A DNA stretch of 64,000 bases. Origin: the human T2T-CHM13v2.0 reference genome, Homo sapiens. Numbering within the stretch: position 1 is the stretch's first letter; every line of letters begins with the position of its first letter. This document shows positions 22,200 to 36,239 of this stretch, in pieces. Below the pieces are notes generated by a model. It saw nothing but the letters and a program-made list of their open reading frames with translations, had not been told where the DNA came from and made no database searches. The DNA lies in assembly GCF_009914755.1 (NCBI RefSeq), contig NC_060933.1; one strand, given 5' to 3'. A program made the position numbers and the translations under genes.

Positions 22200-23815
22200 C
22201 GTCAAGTGACTTCCCAGTTGACATGTGCAGTAAAAACTCCAAGAAGAGCTCGGTCTTTCTGGCCAAAGGACCAGGAAAAGGAGCCCCTGTGAACCAAAGA
22301 ATGCAGGGGGATATCCCTGTGTTCTTCCTCTCTCTCTTTCTCTTTCTTTCCCAGCCCTGCTGTGAGGGAGACCCCAGTCATGCTACCATAAAGAGGCAGA
22401 TGGGCAACAAAACTCCAAGACGTTTCTGTGAGCCAAGCAGTGTGTGTTGATGAATCCTAGAGAAGAGAGAGCTAGAGGAGGGGAATCCCTAAGTCTGGGT
22501 ATGGGCTGGCACAAGTCCTGGGCTCAGGCCTAAGCCGCACATGCACAGGCAGATACAGAGAAGTGAACAGAGTCTTTGAAACTTGAAGTGGTGCCACCGG
22601 GACCACCACCACAGAAGGGGAGACAGTTTGTCATCTGAACTTAACTGAATTGGTTGTCTGCTTACAATCAGTCTTCTCCAGGGATTTTAACAAGTTGCAG
22701 ACTCTTGGGACTTGGTATTCAAAACATCCAGAATATGATCCAACATTACTAGATGCGCAAGCAACCAGGTAAGTATGACCTATTCACAAGGAAAAAGACA
22801 ACCAACACATGTCATTCCAAAAATGACTCAGATCTTGGATCATCAGACAACAACTTAAAACAACTTTTATAACTGTGCTCTTAAGATGAAAACAAAGGGC
22901 CAGGCGCAGTGGCTCATGTCTGTAATCCCATCACCTTGGGAGGCCAAGGCGGGTGGACCACCTGAGGTTGAGCGTTCGAGACCAGTCTGGCCAACATGGT
23001 GAAACCCTGTCTCTACTAAAAATACACAAAAATTAGCCGGGCGTGGTGATGCACATCTGTAATCTCAGCTACTCGGGAGGTTGAGGCAGGAGAATTGCTT
23101 GAACCTGGGAGGCGGAGGTTGCAGTGTGCAAAGATCGCAGTCTGGGTGACAAAGTGAGACTCTGCCTAAAAAAAAAGAAAGAAAGAAGTTATTGATGGAG
23201 ACCCAGAAGCTATGAAAATTAAGAATTCTAGAACTGAAAAAATTATATTTCTGAAGTTAAAAAATGTAATGGATGGACTTACTAGCAGAATGGAAATAAC
23301 AAAAGAAAGAGTCAGTGAATTGAAGACAGATCAGTAGAAATTAACCAGAGGACACTGAGAAAATGGATTAAACAGAATGAATAGAACTTCAGGATCCTGG
23401 GAGACAACACCAGAAAATCACGTATTTTTTGACACTAGAGTCTCAGAGGGAAAAGAGAAATTGGTGCAGACACAAAAAAAGTTTTTAGAAATAACTGCTG
23501 AAAACTTCTTAAATTTGACAAACAATATAAATACACATTCAAGAAACTCAGCAAAATCCAAAGAAGATGCTCAGCATATCATAATCGAACTGCTGAAAAC
23601 CAAAGATTGAAAGAATCCTGAAAGTAGCCAGAAAAAAACCCAACACATTCGGTATAGGGAACAACAATTTGAAATACGGGTTATCTCAGACATATAATAA
23701 AAAATCATGTAGGCCAGGATGCAGTGGAACAATACCTTTAAAGCACTCATAGGAAAGAATCATCCATCCAAAATTCTATACCCAGTGCCAATATTCTTCA
23801 GGAATATGGACTTCC
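22200..23815 (+). mobile_element. Old L1M 5'UTR remnant plus decayed ORF1, split by an Alu
   Basis: ORF 23377-23610 (VSEGKEK..LEITAENFLNL..IIIELLKTKD) and 23719 (QWNNTFKAL..KILYP) resemble the L1 ORF1p RRM/CTD. Confidence 0.75.
22898..23186 (+). mobile_element. AluS
   Basis: dimer with a small right-arm deletion. Confidence 0.93.
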
Positions 23816-23839
23816 TGAAGAATCCTAAAATATGTCCAC

Positions 23840-23970
23840 AAATTAATTGGAGATCCTCTCTTCAGAAGCTGGGGCCTAATTCCCCTCCCCTTGAGTGTGA
23901 GCCAGAATTAGGACTGACTTTTAATGAATAGACTATATCAGAAGTGACATTTCATGATTCTGAAATTTTA
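23840..23970. mobile_element. MLT1-like (MaLR) LTR fragment
   Basis: CCCCTCCCCTTGAGTGTGAGC..GACTGACTTTTAATGAATAGA..GAAGTGACAT. Confidence 0.5.
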
Positions 23971-23987
23971 GTTATTATGGTGAACAC

Positions 23988-24860
23988 CAGTCCCCTGACA
24001 ACATGGTTCAAATTTGAGTTACCAGAATATATTAACTGTAATTGCATGAAGTTCAAACTTTCTGCTAGCTCCCCAGTCCACAAATCACTACATAATAACA
24101 CAGGTACATCATGATCAGTGACCAATCATGCCTCTTCTTTCCAAAACCTACGGGTGATTGGTCACTGTGCATCTGTGTTCATTTCACGCACAGACAGCAA
24201 AGTGTGAATTGTGTGGCCTCCTTGTCTTCCAGTGATAAACCCACATGGCATTTTTACACAAATGGATATTCAAAAGAGAAAACTGACAAATAAAGATAGA
24301 AATGCAGCAAAGAAACTCAAACTGAAAACACTGAACGTGAATGCAAATCAAACATAAATGGGGTCACTGAAGAAACAGACTATGGGGATGCTGGCACTGC
24401 TGCCGAGAAGGTGAATTCCTCAAATAAATGAAGAAAGCGGTTGTGATGAAAAGGATGAAGATGTTCCAGAGGAAGGAACGTCAGCAAAAACCTTCACGTT
24501 AAAGGGACTTGGAGATATTTCATGACATTGAAAGCAAAAAGGATAAAATATTGGAAGCTGATCCAAACTTAGAAGGGGCATGACAAGTTTTTGAACACAG
24601 AAAAGGTGCTCGCTCTATATCATAAGGTACATGACTTTTGAAGAAGGCAAGCACTGTTTAAATGTCTGTTGATGGTTTTTTTAGGAAGACATCAAGCACT
24701 TTAATTCCCTGTGTTGCTAATGTTTTAAATTACAGTGTACAAAAATATTTACTTTATTGTTTCCTTATACATTTCTAACAGTACAAGATTATCAATGTTT
24801 TGACAATTTTCAAAAGACAGGAAAAAAATCACAATTTTACCCATTAATGATTATGAACAG
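23988..24860 (+). mobile_element. Tigger-type DNA transposon (MER82-like)
   Basis: TGACCAATCA..GTGATTGGTCA inverted motif; GAAGCTGATCCAAACTTAGAA..GAAGAAGGCAAGCACTGTT transposase-end remnant. Confidence 0.6.
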
Positions 24861-25380
24861 CACATGGCAGTTTCAGGTTGGAAGGTCATTTTTACAGTTC
24901 TGAACTGCTGTGCAGTGAGGACTGTCTGTTTTATGTTGGGAGACTCTGTGTTCTGCTAAAATTCCCTGAAGAATGTTTCTTTTTTTTCTGTTTTGTCAGG
25001 CAATCAGCCTCGTTAGCCTTAGTCTGCAGGTCCTGCGTTGCCTTCTGTTTGGTGGTGGTGGTCCGAGTGTCAGTTCAGAGTGTGGCTGTGTTGCCTGGGC
25101 TCTGTCTCTTGTATGTGCAGCTCTGGGCTGAGCACGGAATTCAGCTCATGTACAGAATTAGAGAATCCTCTTTTCAGGTCTTTGCTCTTCAGGATTTCCC
25201 CCCAGACTCCCTGGCACCCAGGGGGCCCCTTTTCCTCATCCTCTGGCTTAGAAAGATGGGCTTTCTCTCTGATGATTACCTGCCTACACTGCCTGCTCAT
25301 TTTGCCAAAAGGAACGCCCCTCAGGCAGAAAGCAGAGAGAGAAAAAAAGATGGATTATTTCCACATTCTTCAGACCATAG

Positions 25381-25749
<369 letters not shown>

Positions 25750-25900
25750 TAGGGTCATCTTTAGGTCAGGACTGAGAGAGAAAAAGTTTAAAAAAGGAAA
25801 AAAGCAAGGGATTATAGCCACACTTTCTAGCTTGCCGGGCCCCCATTTACCAGAATGTTTTAAGAAAGTTCCAGACTGTTTTCCCATCAGCTGTGTATGA

Positions 25901-26347
<447 letters not shown>

Positions 26348-26986
26348 TGAGAAGATGTAGATATTGGCTTCATAATAATAAAGTGAATTTGTGGTATTAA
26401 ATAAATGGAAAAAAAGACAAACGGTACAAATTAAAAGTTCTTGAGATGTTTGGGCTGACCATGAAGGGATCCATTATCTGAAGAGTGGCTTAAGATTTAG
26501 AAGGCATAGCTCTACAGTCTCTTTGTCTTCTAAGGGCAGGGCATCTTCTATCTTCTAGGACAGGGTACAGTAAGTCTTACCAAACATGTAAGACATGTTA
26601 TTTGGGGATATTCAGCATTCCTTTTCCCTTCCTAAAGGTACTCAGGTTTCTTTCTCAGAAATTGTATATATTCATCCCTGAAAGGTCTGAGAAAAAATAA
26701 AAAAAAAATTGTGTATAGTTTTGGTGAGATCGTCAATCCAGGAACCTGTTTCCCCATATTAAAGTCAAAGGAACTATACTGTTTTCACTGCCAGGCTGGG
26801 GACTCTTAGTACCTAAGTTTGGTCCATTCTACTCTTTTTCATGACTTTGAATCTTGAGCAAATGACTACAGTAAGAGTGGGGTTCATTCATGTCATCAAC
26901 AGCATCCCAGCTGTATTGTTAAAAGTACCTGTCATTCTTAGTTCCCACCCAGTCTTAATCCTGGTTCTCCAACTTTCATAAAAATC

Positions 26987-27205
26987 GTTGTTTTTTTTTT
27001 TTTTTTTTTTTTTTGAGACAAGGCCTCACTCTGTTGCCCAGGCTGGAGTGCAAGTGGTGTAATCTGGGCTCACTCCAACCTCCACCACCTTGGCTCAAGT
27101 AGTCTTCCCACCTCAGCCTCCTGAGAAGATGGGACTACAGGTGCACACCTCACCTGGCTAATTTTTGGATTTTTTGTAGACAATGGGTTTCATCATGTTG
27201 CCTCA
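26987..27205 (-). mobile_element. AluJ-like, 5'-truncated
   Basis: long poly-T, right arm plus part of left arm. Confidence 0.88.
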
Positions 27206-27879
27206 AGAAAAATAACATCATGGTAATACTAAGTCTTTTATCAGTGACATGTAACTGATTTTAAAATATTATATAGTGCTTCCTAGTTTAACCAAACTGG
27301 AGGCATGTTTTATATGATGGGCTGATGTCTCATGAATAACTGTGCCAAAATCCTCACTTCTGAGTGCACTGATGCAGTAGATGGATGTCTCAGATCCCTC
27401 AGCTCCCAGATTGGGCCAACTCTCCTTATACCACCACACCTGGGACCTGGGAGGAATGGGGAAGGGGACTTTATAGGGCAGAGCTTTCCCAGACTCTTGT
27501 TCCACCCTAAGGATAAAGTATTACAGTAACTTTCTTCCTGCCTTCCAGAGGCACTTTCATTCTTCCTGGAGCTCTCGTCAACCCTGACCTCTTCCTTTGT
27601 CAGCAAGGTCAAACGCCTGAGCCACAAGTCTTAGCTGTTTCCAGAAGGGTGATTGTGTGCTCCCACCTATATCTGAGGTCCTAGACTCCTCAGAGGAAGT
27701 CAGCTTCATGTGATCTAGGTTACTCAAGCCTGGGGCTAGTGTTTTCATATTCTGGTATGAGAGACTTGCTTCCTCTGGAAAGATCTTTATGGTTTACACA
27801 AATGTAACAGACCACTTAACAATAGCTAGTCTCTAAAATGTACATCTTAAAATGGCTTTATACTTACGGGAATTCCTAA

Positions 27880-27930
27880 TTAAAAAAAAAACTCACTTGA
27901 TTTATATCACATTGTAAAATATAGTTTACT
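27880..27930 (-). terminator. FAM120AOS: Candidate FAM120AOS polyadenylation region (variant AGTAAA plus downstream U-rich element)
   Basis: TTTACT at 27925-27930 reads AGTAAA on -; A-run at 27882-27891 reads U-rich downstream on -. Confidence 0.4.
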
Positions 27931-28639
27931 TCAAAAGATGATCCTGAAGATCCCATCACAGAGTGTTTAAGGGATGATTATAAACTTTTAGCCCTTAAGA
28001 GAGAATATATATACTCAACTGAGTACTGTCTTTCAAAGCAGTCCCTGTCAGTTTGTCCATTGATTCCATAGCAGCTCTCACTGCCCACCCTGCTTGAGAA
28101 GCCTCTTGGAGTTGCCTAGAGAGTCTATAGCACTCATCTGAAGGCCCTCCATGAGAACAACTCTTCTCTTCCACATAGATATTTTTGCATCAGCCCAAAG
28201 CTATTTGGACACAAGTTTGGTGAACACGGTAAGAAAAAAACAAACCAAGCAACAAAAACAAAAAGCAGGCAGTGCTGTGTTAGACTGAAAGTAAAAGATA
28301 AAAACTCTAAGAACCTATGAAGCGCCAGGGCAGTGCTGGTTGCTTTCACCCATATGGTCTCCTTTGGTGTTCTGCTGGTGCTTATGAAGCAGTATCCCTA
28401 CTGACAATGACCCTAGCTTAAGAGGGCTGAGAACTGCTGAAAGTGAAGCTGTTTATAAATGGTACAGTCAGGACCGACAGACACATGGGTGTGGTATGAC
28501 TGCAAAGTACCTGTGGAATTCAGATGGGATTACCATCCCCACTATAAAGGGCAATATGATCTGTTGCAGGAGGGTTTATAGGGTACTTAGTTACACAGGT
28601 CACACTGATCCCCTTTTCCTCTTTTTTTCTATGCAAGTA

Positions 28640-28770
28640 TCTATTTGTCTATATGTCTGTCTACCTTGGTAGGTTGGGCTCCTTGAAGAAGGGTTATGTT
28701 TTCTTCATCTCCATATCCCCAGTAGCTGGCCAATGCCCAGTATACACCAGGGGCTCAGTCGCTGTTTGTC
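28640..28770 (+). mobile_element. L2 3' fragment within the FAM120AOS last exon
   Basis: GCTCCTTGAAG..TTCATCTCCATATCCCCAG..GGGCTCAGTCGCTGTTTG. Confidence 0.55.
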
Positions 28771-29017
28771 TTATTTTCTTGTTGACTCTACTCTGACTTA
28801 GGACATATCACTTTCCTCTCTTGACCTTCACATTCAGATGTGTTAATAAAAGTGGATAAAGACCACTCTAGCTTTAAAACACCCTCCAATATAGAGAGAA
28901 CTCTGAAACCAGAAGCAGAAGCTGAGGAATGGTGAATAGAGCATTTTCCCTCACACAATGGGTATCAGGGTGGTTTCTTGTCCTTTCAATGCCTCTGCAG
29001 AACTTGACCCTAGTTTT

Positions 29018-29206
<189 letters not shown>

Positions 29207-29618
29207 CTACCCTCTGCTACTGCTGATAACTCATAGTACTGGAGAGATAGCAGAGCCTGAAGACCAAAAAACTCAACTGCCGATACACGGCTGCAGTGTG
29301 GTCAGTTACTGATCTACCATTTATGAAGCAGGCCTACAGATGTGTGTGTTCTTCTGGGTAATTTAAATTGACAATTAATTAACAGGGCTGGTGCTAGGTA
29401 AACATTATAGGTTAGAATCCCTAGTGTGGATTAATTTGCTCTCTTCCATGATCGCAGACTCCCTGCTTAGCTCCAGTCTGCTGGTCTCCCAACATCTGCT
29501 AATGATTACATGGGCAGCATTAAGGTCTCTTATTACCTTGTTTGAAAAACTGGAAACTCATCTGTTATTGTTGGTGGTTAGATACCTCACCTAAGTAAAA
29601 TATTAATTAATGATATTA

Positions 29619-29945
29619 GGCTGGGCGCGGTAGCTCATGCCTGTAATCCCTGCACTTTGGGAGGCAGAGGCAAGTGGATCACTTGAAGTCAGGAGTTCGA
29701 GACTGGCCTGGCCAACATGGTGAAACCCCGTCTCTACTAAAAATACAAAACTTAGCCAGGTGTGATGGTGTGTACCTGTAATCCCAGCTACTCCAGAGGC
29801 TGAGGCAGGAGATCACTTGAACCTGGGAGAGGGAGGTTGCAGTGAGCTGAGAACACATCATTGTACTCCAGCCTGGGCAACAGAGCAAGACTCCATCTTG
29901 GGGGAGAAAAAATAAATAAAATAAATACAAAATAAAAAAAGAAAA
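29619..29945 (+). mobile_element. AluS
   Basis: full dimer, A-rich tail. Confidence 0.94.
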
Positions 29946-30019
29946 AGTCCCCAACCATTAGTTGTCATATTGTAACCTCCAAGAAGACATAACTTTTTAT
30001 TAAATTTTAAATACAGATG

Positions 30020-30329
30020 TTTATTTTTTATTTTTTATTTTTAAGATGGAGTCTCGCTCTGTTGCCCAGGCTAGAATGCAGTGGCGTGATCTCGGCTCAC
30101 TGCAAGCTCCGCCTCCTGGGTTCACGCCATTCTCCTGCCTCAGCCTCCTGAGTAGCTGGGACTATAGGCGCCTGCCACCACGCCCGGCTAATTTTTTTTT
30201 GTATTTTTTTTAGTAGAGACGGAGTTTCACCGTGTTAGCCAGGATGGTCTGGATTTCCTGACCTTGTGATCCGCCCACCTCAGCCTCCCAAAGTGCTGGG
30301 ATTACAGGCGTGAGCCACTGCGCCCGGCC
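30020..30329 (-). mobile_element. AluY-like
   Basis: CACTGCAAGCTCC, CCGTGTTAGCCAGGATGG; TSD CAGATGTTTATTTTT. Confidence 0.94.
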
Positions 30330-30634
30330 CAGATGTTTATTTTTACCTCAATATTTAAGCAATTTAACTTCAACCAACCCCTGAATTTGAGTTAAGGATG
30401 CAGAGTATATAAGTGTTTGTCAGCTAAACATTTTGCCCACCATCAATAGCTACTCAATAAATAAAGTTTTTTTTTTTTTTTTTAAAGAACACAAAGCTAA
30501 ATAGGGCAACTAAGAATTGAGTTTTATGTGTTATGATACAATAATGAATTTTAAACTTTCCAAAAGTACAATAACTGGTCTATGTTCTCGAGTATAAGTC
30601 TAGACAAATACAGTTTCTGGAAATAACTACAAAA

Positions 30635-30850
30635 GCCAACATTTATTGAGCATTTGTTGTGTGGCAGGCACACAGGTTATCTGATTTAATCCTTATAACA
30701 ACCTGGGAGGTTAAGTACTATTAATATGTTGATTTTACAGATGATAAAATCCAAGGTTCAATAAGGTAAATATTTTTGCAAGGGCACAGACTTATCATAA
30801 GATGGATATTGGGGGCCTGACTCCAGAACCTTAGACCTCTACAATATAAT
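30635..30850 (-). mobile_element. MIR
   Basis: AACATTTATTGAGCAT..TTTAATCCTTATAACAACC..TTTTACAGATGATAAAAT. Confidence 0.75.
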
Positions 30851-30898
30851 AAGGTGAAAATAAATTTATTTCCAGAATTCCAGATACTGGCACTGGCA

Positions 30899-31198
<300 letters not shown>

Positions 31199-31389
31199 CA
31201 CTAATGCATTTTTAAAAATTAAAAGCAAGAGTGTTTAAAGAAAAGGTAAATACACGGAATGCAATGCTACAAATGAAAATACGAGTGATTAAAAACTACT
31301 ACTCCTCACCTTGTGAACCTGCCTTGGGTTATAAAAGCAAATTTGGATATTTCTGGATTTTGCTCGTTATTTAATGGCTAACTGTATTA

Positions 31390-31700
<311 letters not shown>

Positions 31701-31818
31701 TGTATTATTTTTAGATAACATGTCATCCTGGCTTTGTGACTAATTTTATGCATAGGTGAGTGGCATAACTTGTCAGCCTGCTTTTAAATGTAACTTCCTA
31801 AAATACCAGCAGCATTTA

Positions 31819-32085
<267 letters not shown>

Positions 32086-33077
32086 CTAAATTTATATTCT
32101 GAAAGACATTAATCTCTTTTTGAAAATGTTTTATGCAAGCCTAATATACATACAGTATCAACCTCATTTTAGAAGCAGTTACGACAGAGCTTTGGAACAG
32201 AATTTACGTAAACGACCTCCTTCCAGAAGATGCTACTAAAGCAACAAGATTCAAATCCCTCTCCCTCAGAAGAGCAGGGAGATCCACTGCAAAGGCGCAC
32301 GTTTCAGTCTAGCCATTGCGCAGTGGTAACGCAGGCTTTCCCACGCTGCAACAGACCTGTGCTCTCAAGACAGTCTCTTCCGTGACGAGCAGGCGCTTAG
32401 GGCTACCTGTACCTTCAGACATTATGGTGTGTTTGGCCATGTCATTTGTCATAGGTGTAAAAACCACAACCGAGAGCCCGAAGCTGCTGGGATGAGCACC
32501 TGCCGCGGAACTGCATTCTCGCGCTCCTTCCTGCTCTTTCCAAGAAGCCAGGCGCGGCCGGCCAGCATCCCGCTCTCCCGGACCCCGCAGTCAGTGTGGG
32601 CAGCAGGCCCAGAGTGGTGCGAGCCGACGGCGGCGTTAGAAAGGCGGCGTCCCGACGAGCAGAGTGACTCGGCCTCGGCTCCCCTTCAAAGCGCCATCTT
32701 ATCGCTGCTTCCCTCAGGAGCAGGCGAGCTCTTCCCCAGGACCTGCTTCGCGGCTTCCCTTCGCCCGAGAACCACCGGGCGGAGGCGGCGGCCTCTCTGG
32801 CCCTGCCGGGAACAGGGCGCAGGGGAGGGGAGCGGCGGCCGACCGGCCTGAGGCGGGCGAACGGCCTCTGGCCTCCAGGCGCTGCCTGCTCCGGCTCAGA
32901 AGCCTCCCGGATCCCGTCCCGGCCCAACTCCGGGCCTCCGCCTCCGCCGCCGCCTCCGGGAGCCCCGAGCCGCGTCCCGCCGGCGCCGCCTCTTCCGCCT
33001 GCTAGCCGGCGGGCCTGGGCGGCGTCCGCGCCGGGCGGGTCCGCTACGTCAGCGCCGCCCGCCCGCCCCGCCCCGGC

Positions 33078-33133
33078 CCTCAGCCTCGGCCTCGGCCTCG
33101 GCCTCGCAGCGGCGGCAGCGGCGGCGGCGGCAG
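33078..33133 (+). repeat. (CCTCGG)n followed by interrupted (GCG)n near the probable TSS
   Basis: CCTCAG CCTCGG CCTCGG CCTCGG CCTCGC then AGCGGCGGCAGCGGCGGCGGCGGCAG. Confidence 0.85.
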
Positions 33134-33147
33134 GTCCCTCCCCAGAC

Positions 33148-33224
33148 ATGGCCCTGGGAGGCGGCAGCACATGGCGGCCGCGGCGGCCATGAGCGCGCCC
33201 CCGACCCGCCCCAGTCCCCCCTAG
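33148..33224 (+). other. Two overlapping upstream ORFs (33148-33192, 14 aa; 33171-33224, 17 aa)
   Basis: ATG at 33148, 33171 and 33189; stops TGA 33190-33192 and TAG 33222-33224; depends on the TSS lying upstream of 33148. Confidence 0.6.
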
Positions 33225-33327
33225 AGGCCGCCGCCCCCGCCCGCCAGCCCGCCCGCGCGCCACGGCCCCACCACCCCCGGCCCCGCCGCCCCCCGCCCGC
33301 ACCCGCGCCCGCGCCCCCGCCGCCGCC

Positions 33328-34184
<857 letters not shown>

Positions 34185-34949
34185 TTAGCCTGTTCTTTCC
34201 CAGCAACAGGTTCATCTTGGAAGCAGGCAGGATACAGAGTAATAGAGGGGGTTTCGCCAGAGCCCTTGGGGGCTGCAAATATCAGTGCTGCTGCCGCCGC
34301 CCTTGCCAATGTTGTTAGCCCGGTGACAGCGAGACGTGTCTAAGGGCCAGTGCCCTGGCCTCTACTTCAGAACGCAGTGCCCTGTCCGTGTTCCTCTTAG
34401 TACAGGGTGTTTAGAGAATCTTTCTATGGCTTTTTGTGTTAGATTTCAAAGACCCGTGCACTTTGACAGGATGGGATTTTGTCAGTTCTGTGACTTCACG
34501 TCCGTGTGAAAGAGGTCTTTAAGGCAGTTCGGTTTTGTAGATCCCATGCGAAAGGAGTCGCTCAAAATCAGGGGGCGAACTACGCGGGCGTGAACTCGCA
34601 GGATTTATTTTTCGGGTGCACAGTAAGTATTCAGTGACCTTCAGCGGTGCCCTGACGGGTGGGTAATCAGAGCTCTATATCACCGGCCTCCTCTGGCCCT
34701 TTGGCAGAGGGCTTCGCAGCTGGCACTGGGCCAGAGGAGAACTTCAGGACCCAGCAGTGACTGTGAAGATAAGCACATCCATGATCCTGGACTTCACGTT
34801 CTGATTGCTTGCTTTTTTCATTGGTTTTCTTGAAAACAAATTTTGGGGGCCTTTTTGTTGTCTTAGCTCTTGACACTCGGTCTTCCATCTTGTCATTTGA
34901 CATTTCCTTGAAACTGCTGGAGCTGAAAGTTTGTGAAATTCTGTCTTCG

Positions 34950-35215
34950 CGGTTGCCCCCACTGCCCGCGAGGAGATGGTGGTAGTTAAGCCTAAAATGA
35001 TAGCGGAAGTCCCACCCACGATCCGGTTGCAATTGGTGAGATGGTGTTTAAGTCGTGGGTGGAGGCGGCCGGCAGAGTCCCGATTGGCCCCTGCGCCTGG
35101 CAGACACACAGCTGCCATTCCTCAGGGAAGTTCGGGTGAGAGGAAGTGCCTGCCTTTTAATTTCTGAATCGGAGCCTGGGGCGCTCAGGGAAGTAAGGTG
35201 CTGCCATTTGTCTGA
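34950..35215 (-). promoter_or_regulatory. FAM120AOS: Second promoter-like motif cluster in FAM120A intron 1 (likely FAM120AOS promoter)
   Basis: CpG-enriched; ATTGG (CCAAT on -) at 35032 and 35083; ETS-like GCGGAAGT 35003 and AGGAAGTG 35141; YY1-like GCCATT 35114 and 35203. Confidence 0.6.
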
Positions 35216-36239
35216 AGCAATCCATCTCCCTAATAGAGCGTAAAAGTGTTCATAGTTTAGTCTTGTTCAGAGATGGAAAAGACTACTTAAAAGACAGGAT
35301 GAGCTGCACTGACTTGCCTTTGGTAACCGCACAGCTCTCTACTTAACTAGTCAAGCGACTTTCAAGGGAACACTGTGAATATTACTTAGGATTAGAATCA
35401 GTATGTATGCATATGGTCACTGTATCTTTAAAGAACTGTTGAGTTCTTTTTAATTCTACAGTTTCTTTATCTTTGCACCCCTTTGAATGCCTCGCACACC
35501 TAGTAGGTGCTCAGAATTCAGACCAATGTGTCAGTGTTTGGAAACTAGATTTAAGCTCCATTTAAGATCGTCTTTTTCACTTAGGTTTCTGGACACGGGA
35601 TAATGGGATAATTTTGTCTGTATTTTGCTTTTGCTAAGCTTTTAATTATTGACCTAGGGTCATATTATAGTGCGAATTGCACAAAATGAATATTGTAATG
35701 ACTCAATTACTTGGTGGTCTCTTAGCTGGCAACCTTACCTTTTTGAAAAGTGCCTAAGAGATTTAGCTACTAGAAATTTCTCAGCAACCAAGCAAGATGT
35801 CAGGAAGTTTGGGTACAGTGATGTGGGGGGTTGGCGGGTGTAGGGGGGTGCTTTTGCTTTCCTCACTGAAGAATCTTTTAAGCTCTCTCACTCATGGACT
35901 GGCCTCTTTTCATATGTAATTCTAACAAGCTTGGTTATCTATTTTCTAAACTCAGCTTGAGAAGAGGATGAAGAGGAGAGTCTGCCAGAGGCAGGAGCAC
36001 CATTAATAGCAAGAAGTGACAAGAGAGATTTAAAAAGCTATAAAAAGCAAACATAATTCTGGGGCTATTTTAAGAAAAGGAAAACAACCCTATGTACTTC
36101 CTTGGTCCCTGAGGGTAGTACAATGTTTATTCTATAAGGATGATTTTGAGTCATAAAAATTAATATTCAGCATTCTCTGTTTAAGGGATTGAAACAGTGT
36201 ATACCATTTAATAAAAGATACCCATAAAGTGGTTAAAAC

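Noticed and set aside
28134-28349. 71-aa hydrophobic ORF in the FAM120AOS last exon
   Set aside because: GTG start; the hydrophobicity comes from a T-rich low-complexity tract; no other coding evidence.
29585-29605. TTTTACTTAG|GTGAGG on - as a recursive splice site or Alu-exon donor in FAM120AOS
   Set aside because: The intron is only 2.8 kb and such motifs arise by chance; no supporting evidence in the sequence.
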